This document shows positions 29,394 through 37,827 of a stretch of 64,000 nt of DNA, piece by piece; position 1 is the first letter of the stretch; each line of letters starts with the position of its first letter. Location: the NCBI GenBank assembly GCA_964555355.1, contig CAZKRY010000003.1, forward strand, positions 192,878 through 256,877. The letters run 5' to 3'. The notes below the pieces were generated by a model that saw nothing but the letters and a program-made list of their open reading frames with translations, was not told the DNA's origin and did not search any database. The position numbers were made by a program, and so were the translations under genes. Source of the stretch: an uncultured Klebsiella sp. Lineage in GTDB: Bacteria; Pseudomonadota; Gammaproteobacteria; Ga0077536.

Positions 29394-30674
29394 ATGATTG
29401 GAATACAGCAGCTTGCCGATTGGTGTGGTGACACGTGCATTCATCGTGAGCTCTTCATCAACCCAGCGGTTTTTCCACTTGAGCTAGATCGCATTTTCAA
29501 CCGCACGTGGATCTACGTGGCACACACAAGCGAGTTACCAAATATCGGTGACTACCGGTTAGCGCACATAGGCACGCAATCGGTGATCGTGAGTCGAGGC
29601 GAAGATGGCGTAATACGTGTTTTTATCAATGCGTGTCGTCATCGCGGTGTTCCTCTCGTCTCCGCCGAGCACGGCTGTGCGCGCAGTCATATTTGTCCCT
29701 ATCACGGCTGGATGTACGACTGCGGTGGGAATTTGCGCAAAGTGCCGCAAGCCGGCGGGCAACCACCGAATTTCAAACTCGAGGATTTCGGTTTATTGCG
29801 CGTGCCGCGGGTCGATGCTTACCGAGGTTTCGTTTTTGCGTGTTTTAGTTCAAATGCGCCGTCGCTTACGGACCATCTCGGTGCCGCACGGGAGTTTATC
29901 GATCTGTTTAGCGATCTCTCGCCGACCGGCGAAGTGTGCGTGAATATGGGCGCGACCCGCTATGAATACATCGGTAACTGGAAGCAACAGGTTGAGAACT
30001 CGATGGATGGCTACCATGTCGCCATCACGCACGGCAGTTTCTTAAAATCCATTTTGCGCGCACGAATTGGCCAAAGCATGGAAGGTTTGGTGGATGAAAC
30101 CTCCGGTGCAACGAGCGTCGCTTTGGGCCAGGGTCATGCGCTGCTCGATTACCGGGCGTTCGATCGCCAAAAGATCATGGGACGTTCCGGGCCACCTTCC
30201 GCCGCCACCACCGCATGGCATGCGATGTTGCGCGAGCGATTAGGGGGCCCCCGTGCAGAGGTGGTCATCCGTTGCAACGGCGGTGATGGCTTCAATCTTC
30301 TCGTCTATCCCAATTTGATGCTCATCAATAACCAAATTCGCGTCGTCGTCCCGATGGCCTTTAACCGCACACGCGTACTCGCGTTTCCGGTGGGATTATC
30401 CGGGGTTGCGGCCGAAGTGAATGCGCAGCGGCTGCGCGCGCACGAGGATTTTTATGGCACGGCGGCATTCGGCGCCGCGGATGACATCGAGATGTTTGAG
30501 CGCCAATGGCAAGGCTTGACGCAGTCGCCGAGCAACGAGTGGCTGCACTACGCGCGCGGGATCACGCGCGAAGCGCGCTTGCCGACTGGCGAGTTTGTGG
30601 GTCACGTCAGCGACGAAACCGGCCAGCGCGGTATCTGGCGACGCTGGCGCGAATTCATGGTGGCGGCGGAGTAA
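29394..30674 (+). CDS. Rieske non-heme iron aromatic ring-hydroxylating dioxygenase, alpha subunit
   Basis: Rieske CRHRG...CPYHGW; mononuclear iron ligands (DGYHVAITHG). Confidence 0.9.
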   Translation: MIGIQQLADWCGDTCIHRELFINPAVFPLELDRIFNRTWIYVAHTSELPNIGDYRLAHIGTQSVIVSRGEDGVIRVFINACRHRGVPLVSAEHGCARSHICPYHGWMYDCGGNLRKVPQAGGQPPNFKLEDFGLLRVPRVDAYRGFVFACFSSNAPSLTDHLGAAREFIDLFSDLSPTGEVCVNMGATRYEYIGNWKQQVENSMDGYHVAITHGSFLKSILRARIGQSMEGLVDETSGATSVALGQGHALLDYRAFDRQKIMGRSGPPSAATTAWHAMLRERLGGPRAEVVIRCNGGDGFNLLVYPNLMLINNQIRVVVPMAFNRTRVLAFPVGLSGVAAEVNAQRLRAHEDFYGTAAFGAADDIEMFERQWQGLTQSPSNEWLHYARGITREARLPTGEFVGHVSDETGQRGIWRRWREFMVAAE

Positions 30675-31150
30675 TGTCCATGGCGAGTCGCGCACAGGTC
30701 GAAAACTTTTTGTATTACGAAACCAGCCTGCTGGATACGGGCGCATACGCTGCATGGATCGATCTTTTCACGGACGATGGGCGCTACTGGGTCCCGGCCG
30801 AGCACTCAAATGATGCCAATGCCGGCGTGTCGTTAGTTTTCGACGACAAGCCTCGTATGCGCGAGCGATTGATTCGGCAATCCAGCGGACAATTCTGGGC
30901 ACAACAGCCAGCGTCGCAGGTTACTCGCTTGGTCGGCAACGTGCGGGTGCTGACGCCTTTCGATAACGGTGACGAACAAGTCGAGGCGCGTTTGTTGATT
31001 TGTGAGTTTCGCGGCGAGCGCCAGCAGCTCTTAAGCGGAGTCTGTCACTATCGATTGAATTGTCGCGGCGAGACTTTTTTGATTCGCGAGAAGAAGGTCC
31101 TGCTTAACAATCGCGCGCGCTATTTTGCCAATTTGGGTTTTTTACCCTAA
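30674..31150 (+). CDS. Ring-hydroxylating dioxygenase beta subunit (NTF2-like)
   Basis: Start overlaps the alpha-subunit stop (TAATG); beta-subunit length and pattern. Confidence 0.8.
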   Translation: MSMASRAQVENFLYYETSLLDTGAYAAWIDLFTDDGRYWVPAEHSNDANAGVSLVFDDKPRMRERLIRQSSGQFWAQQPASQVTRLVGNVRVLTPFDNGDEQVEARLLICEFRGERQQLLSGVCHYRLNCRGETFLIREKKVLLNNRARYFANLGFLP

Positions 31151-31176
31151 CCCACAGCACCCGGAAAGGATCGTGT

Positions 31177-32037
31177 ATGAAACTTGGCGTCGTTAGCTTC
31201 AATACCGAATACACCATTCGCGCCGATGAACTTGCCGTCGCGGCCGAAGAACGCGGCTTTGATTCAGTGTGGTTTCCGGAACACACGCATATTCCGGCAA
31301 GTCGGTTGACGCCGTTTCCGCCCGGCGGCGATCTGCCGCGGGAATATATTCACATGTCCGATCCATTCATTAGTTGCATGGCTGCCGCGAGCGTCACCAA
31401 AACGCTTAAAGTCGGCACCGGCGTTTGTTTGCTAGTCGAACACGAACCGATTGCGCTCGCGAAAACGGTGGCCACCTTGGATCGCTTGTCCAATGGGCGA
31501 TTTTTATTTGGCATTGGTGCCGGCTGGATTCGTGAAGAAATGGAAAATCACGGCACGCGTTATGAGGAACGCTGGAAAGTCTTAGAAGAACGCATCAAGG
31601 CGATGAAAGCGCTGTGGACCGAGCATGAAGCGAGTTTTCACGGCAAGTATGTCGATTTCGATCGCGTATGGTCCTATCCCAAGCCCGTGACCAAGCCGCA
31701 TCCGCCGATCGTGCTCGGAACCTTTGCTTCCACTTGGGGACGACAACGTGTCGCAGATTACGCCGATGGTTGGATGCCGATTGATGTTTATCACCAAGAC
31801 ATGAAAGCGGATATCGCGGATCTCCACGCACGGTTGCGCAAAAACGGCCGCGACCCCGCGCGCGTCGAAATTTCGATGTTCGATATTTTTGAAACCAAGG
31901 AAGACGACTTAAAGCGCTTCGCTGACTACGGTTTTGTGACCCGCGCAATGCCGCGCTGTCCGACCGAAGATCGCGATACCGTGCTTAGGTGGCTTGATCG
32001 ATACGCGGCTGTCGGGCGGCGCGTCGGCGCCTTATAG
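31177..32037 (+). CDS. LLM-class oxidoreductase, F420/MSMEG-type subgroup (paralogue of 7554..8411)
   Basis: Near-identical motif set to the 7554 gene. Confidence 0.8.
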   Translation: MKLGVVSFNTEYTIRADELAVAAEERGFDSVWFPEHTHIPASRLTPFPPGGDLPREYIHMSDPFISCMAAASVTKTLKVGTGVCLLVEHEPIALAKTVATLDRLSNGRFLFGIGAGWIREEMENHGTRYEERWKVLEERIKAMKALWTEHEASFHGKYVDFDRVWSYPKPVTKPHPPIVLGTFASTWGRQRVADYADGWMPIDVYHQDMKADIADLHARLRKNGRDPARVEISMFDIFETKEDDLKRFADYGFVTRAMPRCPTEDRDTVLRWLDRYAAVGRRVGAL

Positions 32038-32193
32038 CCGCACCTCAGCTGTCTCTTTGGCGCTGCCACTCGGGCTTCCGCTCGCGCCCTGGAAATTCTG
32101 CTATTGCGTGCTATTTTCTGACTTAGAGGCTTCCGTTGCGCCTACATGCAGGCCGCAACGACCAGTTTTCCGGCAGAAAAGTGAGGTGAGCTT

Positions 32194-32313
32194 ATGCGTA
32201 CCGCAACTGACGAATTTCTGGCTTCAATTGGGATCAGCGCCGCTGGATTTTTGTTCTGGGTGTTGTTCCTGTCCTACCTCGCAACCAAACATCTTCAGCC
32301 CATCGTGCTGTGA
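32194..32313 (+). CDS. Unannotated 39-aa hydrophobic small protein (single TM)
   Basis: ATG 5 nt after GAGGTG; MRTATDEFLASIGISAAGFLFWVLFLSYLATKHLQPIVL. Below the 60-aa cutoff of the ORF track. Confidence 0.4.
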   Translation: MRTATDEFLASIGISAAGFLFWVLFLSYLATKHLQPIVL

Positions 32314-32371
32314 GTGGAGGTGGGCGACGGTAGGTTAATCCGCCGCCTTTAGGAGAAAGACCCTCACCCTT

Positions 32372-32435
32372 CCCGCTCCCGCACGCGGGAGCGGGAACAG
32401 AAAGCCTCGCCCATCGGAGAGGTCGGCGAGGCGCG
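32372..32435. other. Two GC-rich hairpins (CCCGCTCCCG-cacg-CGGGAGCGGG and GCCTCGCC-N13-GGCGAGGC) downstream of convergent fhs and LLM genes, lacking a U-tract
   Basis: Read directly from the sequence. Confidence 0.4.
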
Positions 32436-32436
32436 T

Positions 32437-34113
32437 CTAAAACAAACCGCTAATCCGGCCGTTGTCGTCGACGTCAATCTTCTCCGCCGCCGGCACTTTC
32501 GGTAGCCCTGGCATCGTCATCATGTTGCCGGCGATGGCAACCACAAAGCCCGCGCCGGCCGCCAAGCGCACATCGCTGATTTCAACAATATGTCCACTTG
32601 GCGCGCCGCGCGCGCTGGCATCGGTTGAAAAAGACATTTGTGTTTTGGCGATACACACCGGAAAGTCAGGGTATTGTTTGCTCCACTCTTCGAGTTGCTG
32701 GCGCACCTTGGTAGGAGCGGCGATATCCGCGGCGCCATAAATTTTGGTCGCGATCGCTTTGATTTTTTCCCATAGCGGCACCTGATCTTCGTATACATAA
32801 CGATGCGCGTGCGTTTGCTTATCCACCATCTCGCCCACCGTGCGCGCCAACGCTTCCGCACCCTTGCCACCTGCCGCCCAATGCCGTGCCACCACGCCGG
32901 TCGCCCCAAGCGCTGCGATTTTTTCTTGCAATAACGCAACCTCGCGCTCGGTATCCTGCGTGAAATGATTGATGCTAACCACGCACGGGAGACCGTAGTG
33001 GTCCCGCACGTTCCGCACGTGCCGCGCCAAGTTGACAATGCCTTGTTCCAGCGCAGCGAGGCTTTCTTGATTGAGATCGGCGACCGCGACGCCACCGTGA
33101 TACTTCAGTGCACGAATCGTCGCGACTAGCACCACCGCCTGTGGTTTCAGTCCGGCCATGCGGCATTTGATGTCGATGAATTTCTCGGCGCCGAGATCGG
33201 CGCCAAACCCAGCCTCGGTCACCACGTAGTCGGCAAGTTTAAGGGCCGTGCGTGTTGCTGTGACCGAGTTACAACCATGTGCGATGTTTGCAAATGGTCC
33301 GCCGTGCACAATCGCCAAATTGTTCTCGAGCGTCTGCACCAGATTGGGACTGATGGCGTCTTTTAGCAGCGTCGCCATCGCACCCTGCGCCTTGAGATCG
33401 GCCGCCGTCACCGGCTTTCGAGTACGGGTATAAGCGACCACGATCTTGCCCAAGCGCTCTTTCAAATCTTTGAGTGAGGTTGCCAAGCAAAAAATCGCCA
33501 TGACCTCGGAGGCCACGGTGATATCGAAACCATCTTGCCGGACAAACCCGTTCGCCGTGCCCCCGAGCCCAACCACGACCTCACGCAGCGCGCGATCATT
33601 CATATCCATGACCCGCTTGAAGCTAACAAGCCGTGGATCGATATCGAGCGCATTGCCGTGGTTGATGTGATTGTCGAGCATCGCGGCAAGCAAGTTATGC
33701 GCGGCGCCAATCGCGTGGAAATCACCGGTGAAGTGCAAATTGATATCTTCCATCGGCACCACCTGCGCGTACCCGCCGCCGGCCGCCCCGCCCTTAACGC
33801 CAAAACAAGGTCCGAGCGAGGGTTCACGCAGACAAATAATCGTGCGCTTGCCTAAGTGATTGAGGGCATCGCCCAATCCAACCGTGGTAGTTGTTTTACC
33901 TTCACCCGCCGGGGTTGGGCTGATGGCTGTCACCAAAATCAATTTCCCGTCCGGGCGCGTTTCTAGACCCCGGATGTAGTCCAGCGATAACTTCGCCTTG
34001 TAATGCCCGTAGGGCACCAAGTGCTCGGCCGCGATGCCGTATTGCTCACGCGCAAGGTCGATAATCGGTTTCTTCAGCGCAGCTTGCGCGATCTCAATGT
34101 CAGACATGCTCAT
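32437..34113 (-). CDS. fhs: Formate--tetrahydrofolate ligase
   Basis: MSDIEIAQ N-terminus, [16 protein letters not shown]-loop, full-length FTHFS pattern. Confidence 0.95.
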   Translation of the reverse strand: MSMSDIEIAQAALKKPIIDLAREQYGIAAEHLVPYGHYKAKLSLDYIRGLETRPDGKLILVTAISPTPAGEGKTTTTVGLGDALNHLGKRTIICLREPSLGPCFGVKGGAAGGGYAQVVPMEDINLHFTGDFHAIGAAHNLLAAMLDNHINHGNALDIDPRLVSFKRVMDMNDRALREVVVGLGGTANGFVRQDGFDITVASEVMAIFCLATSLKDLKERLGKIVVAYTRTRKPVTAADLKAQGAMATLLKDAISPNLVQTLENNLAIVHGGPFANIAHGCNSVTATRTALKLADYVVTEAGFGADLGAEKFIDIKCRMAGLKPQAVVLVATIRALKYHGGVAVADLNQESLAALEQGIVNLARHVRNVRDHYGLPCVVSINHFTQDTEREVALLQEKIAALGATGVVARHWAAGGKGAEALARTVGEMVDKQTHAHRYVYEDQVPLWEKIKAIATKIYGAADIAAPTKVRQQLEEWSKQYPDFPVCIAKTQMSFSTDASARGAPSGHIVEISDVRLAAGAGFVVAIAGNMMTMPGLPKVPAAEKIDVDDNGRISGLF

Positions 34114-34475
34114 ACCTGTTTTCAGCTTGATTGGGCCTTGCCAGGGGCGACCCAGGGTTGCGGATCCGCCTTGTAACAGGGTTCTCTCCGTGTCGTCTAC
34201 TCCGGAACGGAAGATTTTCGCGCATCCGGTGCGCCGCTCGCGGCTCTTGAATTACACTACGCGCGCCTTAGATCGCGGTCGCTAAGCACCTACCACCGTC
34301 ATTTTCGATAATTTAGATTGCGCGCCTAAGGTCGCGATTCGGGACCGTTCACACACCTCCGCACGTTTGGAATTTTCCATAGCTTTAAGCAATTTTAACC
34401 ATCAGGCCATGCCGCACACGGGTTCACCCGGCCCTTTTGGGCAAAGGTTTCAGATCGATTCAGAAGGATAGTTAT

Positions 34476-35735
34476 ATGTTCAGTATCAAAACCGACACGA
34501 TCGAAGGCTTCGATCCCGCGCTCGCCGCGGCGCTTGCCGCTGAGCAGCGCCGACAGGAAGCGCATATTGAGCTCATTGCCTCGGAAAACTACGCCAGTCC
34601 GCGCGTGCTCGCCGCGCAAGGGTCGGTGCTTACCAACAAATACGCAGAAGGCTACCCCGGCAAGCGCTATTACGGTGGCTGCGAACATGTCGATACGGTT
34701 GAGAGTTTGGCGATTGAGCGCGTCAACCAACTGTTCGGATCCGATTACGCCAATGTGCAGCCTCATTCGGGCTCACAAGCGAATGCAGCCGTCTATATGG
34801 CGTTGCTAAATCCAGGCGACACGGTACTCGGCATGAACCTCGCGCATGGCGGCCACTTGACGCACGGCGCCAAAGTCAATTTTTCCGGCAAGATTTATCA
34901 CGCTGTGCAATACGGCATTAGCGCGACCACCGGGCAAATCGATTATGCGGAGGTCGCGGCGCTGGCCCGTGAGCACAAACCTAAAATGATCGTTGCCGGC
35001 TTTTCCGCTTACTCGCGCGTCATCGACTGGGCCGAGTTCCGCGCGATCGCGGATGAAGTCGGCGCGTTTCTAATGGTCGATATGGCGCATGTCGCCGGCC
35101 TCATTGCCACCGGCCTATATCCAAACCCGGTGCCGCATGCGCATGTGGTGACCAGCACCACGCACAAAAGCCTGCGCGGTCCCCGCGGCGGTTTCGTGCT
35201 CTGCAAGGATCAAGCCGAGATCGCGAAGAAGATAAATTCGCTGGTGTTTCCCGGCATTCAAGGCGGCCCGTTGATGCATGTCATCGCGGCGAAGGCCGTG
35301 GCGTTCAAGGAAGCACTCGAACCGTCGTTCAAGCATTATCAGCAAGCCGTCATCGATAACGCGCGCGCGATGGCTGCGCGCTTTCTGGCGCGTGGCTTCG
35401 CAATTGTCAGCGGTGGCACTGACAATCACTTAATGCTGGTCGATCTCATCCAGAAGGGTATCACCGGCAAAGCCGCCGACGAGGCACTCGGCCGCGCGCA
35501 TATCACGGTCAACAAAAATGCGGTGCCGAATGATCCGCAATCGCCGTTTGTCACGAGCGGCATCCGAGTCGGTACTCCGGCGGCGACTACGCGCGGTTTT
35601 GGTATCGCGGAAATCACGCAAGTTGCGGACTGGATGTGTGACGTCATGGATAACTTGCAAGATGACGCCGTAATCGCCGCGACGCGCGCCAAGGTTGAAG
35701 CGCTGTGCGCGCGCTTTCCGGTTTACCGTGCGTAG
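34476..35735 (+). CDS. glyA: Serine hydroxymethyltransferase
   Basis: [12 protein letters not shown]-Lys motif [12 protein letters not shown]. Confidence 0.95.
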   Translation: MFSIKTDTIEGFDPALAAALAAEQRRQEAHIELIASENYASPRVLAAQGSVLTNKYAEGYPGKRYYGGCEHVDTVESLAIERVNQLFGSDYANVQPHSGSQANAAVYMALLNPGDTVLGMNLAHGGHLTHGAKVNFSGKIYHAVQYGISATTGQIDYAEVAALAREHKPKMIVAGFSAYSRVIDWAEFRAIADEVGAFLMVDMAHVAGLIATGLYPNPVPHAHVVTSTTHKSLRGPRGGFVLCKDQAEIAKKINSLVFPGIQGGPLMHVIAAKAVAFKEALEPSFKHYQQAVIDNARAMAARFLARGFAIVSGGTDNHLMLVDLIQKGITGKAADEALGRAHITVNKNAVPNDPQSPFVTSGIRVGTPAATTRGFGIAEITQVADWMCDVMDNLQDDAVIAATRAKVEALCARFPVYRA

Positions 35736-35743
35736 TGGCCGCC

Positions 35744-36592
35744 ATGAGTGACAAGATTCTCGACGGCAAGCGCGTTGCCCAGCAGGTGCTCGATGGCGCG
35801 GCGCGCAAAGTCCAACGCTTGCGCGAGGCGACCGGCATCACGCCATGCCTCGCGACAGTGTTGGTGGGCGACGATCCATCCTCGGCCACCTACGTCAAAA
35901 TGAAACGCAAACGCTGCGCCGACATCGGCATGACCTCATTACCGATTGAGATGCCGAGTAGTACCACCACGGCAGAGCTCGTCGCGCAGATCACGAGGCT
36001 CGCGACTGATCGCGCCGTCAATGGCATCTTGTTACAACATCCGGTGCCGAGTCAGATTGACGAGCGCGCCGCTTTTGAAGCGATTGGCCCGTATAAGGAT
36101 GTGGATGGCGTGACCGCAACCGGACTCGGGCGAATGTGGCTCGGACTGCCTACGTTCGGCTCGTGTACGCCGGCTGGTATCATGCGGTTACTCGAAGCGT
36201 ACAACGTCAACCTCGCGGGTCTGTATGCGCTCGTCATTGGGCGCAGCGCGATCCTCGGCAAACCGATGGCCGCCATGCTGCTCGAAGCCAATGCCACGGT
36301 CACCCTCACCCATTCCCGTACGCGGGATCTCGCGGCAATCGCACGCCAAGCCGATCTCATCGTCGCCGCGGTCGGCAAAGCCCACTTCGTGAAAGGTGAA
36401 TGGATCAAGCCCGGCGCGATTGTCGTCGACGCTGGCTACAGCGAAGGCAATTGTGGCGATGTCGATTTTGACGCCGCATTACCTCACGCAAGTCTTATCA
36501 CACCCGTCCCCGGCGGGGTTGGTCCGATGACCATCGCGACGTTGATCGATCAAACGGCCGATGCCGCGCTAGCGCAACACGGGCTCGAGTAG
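35744..36592 (+). CDS. folD: Bifunctional methylene-THF dehydrogenase/methenyl-THF cyclohydrolase
   Basis: MSDKILDGK start, YVKMKRK, GRSAILGKP. Confidence 0.9.
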   Translation: MSDKILDGKRVAQQVLDGAARKVQRLREATGITPCLATVLVGDDPSSATYVKMKRKRCADIGMTSLPIEMPSSTTTAELVAQITRLATDRAVNGILLQHPVPSQIDERAAFEAIGPYKDVDGVTATGLGRMWLGLPTFGSCTPAGIMRLLEAYNVNLAGLYALVIGRSAILGKPMAAMLLEANATVTLTHSRTRDLAAIARQADLIVAAVGKAHFVKGEWIKPGAIVVDAGYSEGNCGDVDFDAALPHASLITPVPGGVGPMTIATLIDQTADAALAQHGLE

Positions 36593-36607
36593 CCCGCGCG
36601 CTATCCA

Positions 36608-37759
36608 ATGAAAATCGTCATCGCGCCGGACTCATTCAAGGAGAGTCTGAGCGCGCTAGAGGTGGCAACGGCGCTCGCGAGCGGTGTTCGTGCCGCCCTT
36701 CCAGACGCGGTATGTGAATTGGTACCGATGGCCGATGGCGGTGAAGGAACGGTTGATGCGCTGGTCGCAGCGACACACGGCCGCCACTTACAGGTCGAGG
36801 TCACAGGCCCGTTAGGTCAGCCGATCAATGCGCGTTTCGGCGTGCTCGGCTCGACACGCACGGCAGTGGTGGAGATGGCGGCAGCCTCGGGATTGATGTT
36901 GGTGCCGCCTCTGGCGCGCGATCCGACGCGCACGACAAGCTTTGGCACCGGCGAATTAATCCGTGCGGCGCTCGATGAACGCGTCGACACGCTCATTGTC
37001 GCGCTTGGCGGTTCGGCCACGATCGATGGCGGCGCCGGAATGCTGCAGGCGCTCGGCGTTAAGTTTTTTTCACACGACGGCGCAGAGCTCGTCGAACCGC
37101 TGACCGGTGGCGAGCTGCAAACGATTGCCCGGCTCGATCCTCAAAACCTCGATTCCCGCCTGCGGCGTACGCGGATCCTCGTGGCCTGCGATGTCAATAA
37201 CCCACTGCTCGGACCACTGGGTGCGGCTGCGGTGTTTGGCCCGCAGAAAGGGGCGACACCAGCACAGGTCATGAGCTTTGACGCAGGGCTCGGACATTTT
37301 TATCGGCTGGTGGCACAAACCCTAAGCGTCGATGTCACCGCGCGCGCCGGCGCCGGCGCGGCGGGCGGGATGGGGGCGGCCTTGCTCGCCTTTCTAAACG
37401 CAACATTGCGGCCAGGTATCGAACTAGTAATCGATGCAACTGAACTCCCCGCGCGCATTAAGGGCGCGGCAGTCGTCATCACTGGAGAAGGTCGACTCGA
37501 TGCCCAAACCTTGCACGGTAAAGCGCCTCTTGGCGTTGCCACGCTGGCCCATCAACTCGGCGTACCCGTCATCGGAGTCGGCGGCAGTCTCGCGCCTGAT
37601 GCCGAAACCGCGCTTGGCGCGGCGTTCGATGCGCTTGAAGCCACCGTCACCTACCCCATGCCGCTTGCCGAAGCGCTTACCAACGCACGCGCCAATCTCG
37701 AGCGGACGGGGCGACGAATTGGTCGGTGGCTCAAACTAAGTCGACTCAAGGGAAGCTAA
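36608..37759 (+). CDS. Glycerate kinase (GarK/GlxK family)
   Basis: MKIVIAPDSFKESLSA N-terminus and overall pattern. Confidence 0.85.
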   Translation: MKIVIAPDSFKESLSALEVATALASGVRAALPDAVCELVPMADGGEGTVDALVAATHGRHLQVEVTGPLGQPINARFGVLGSTRTAVVEMAAASGLMLVPPLARDPTRTTSFGTGELIRAALDERVDTLIVALGGSATIDGGAGMLQALGVKFFSHDGAELVEPLTGGELQTIARLDPQNLDSRLRRTRILVACDVNNPLLGPLGAAAVFGPQKGATPAQVMSFDAGLGHFYRLVAQTLSVDVTARAGAGAAGGMGAALLAFLNATLRPGIELVIDATELPARIKGAAVVITGEGRLDAQTLHGKAPLGVATLAHQLGVPVIGVGGSLAPDAETALGAAFDALEATVTYPMPLAEALTNARANLERTGRRIGRWLKLSRLKGS

Positions 37760-37827
37760 ACCAGACCTAAAGTCGGACCCACTTTTACCCGCTACTCCTT
37801 GTACCCAACTAGTGGCGCCCGCGGCCG

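Noticed and set aside
31994-32338. 114-aa Cys-rich ORF in the LLM/fhs gap
   Set aside because: No RBS, runs across terminator-like hairpins, and has a composition typical of GC-frame artefacts. The short 32194..32313 ORF in another frame is more credible.
34114-34475. ZTP (pfl) riboswitch upstream of fhs or glyA
   Set aside because: A GGGUCGCCCCUGGCA segment on the fhs strand loosely resembles the ZTP 5' element. It lies less than 30 nt from the fhs start, and the GGUGGAA / CCGGGGAGC / CGCCUGGGC elements are absent on both strands.
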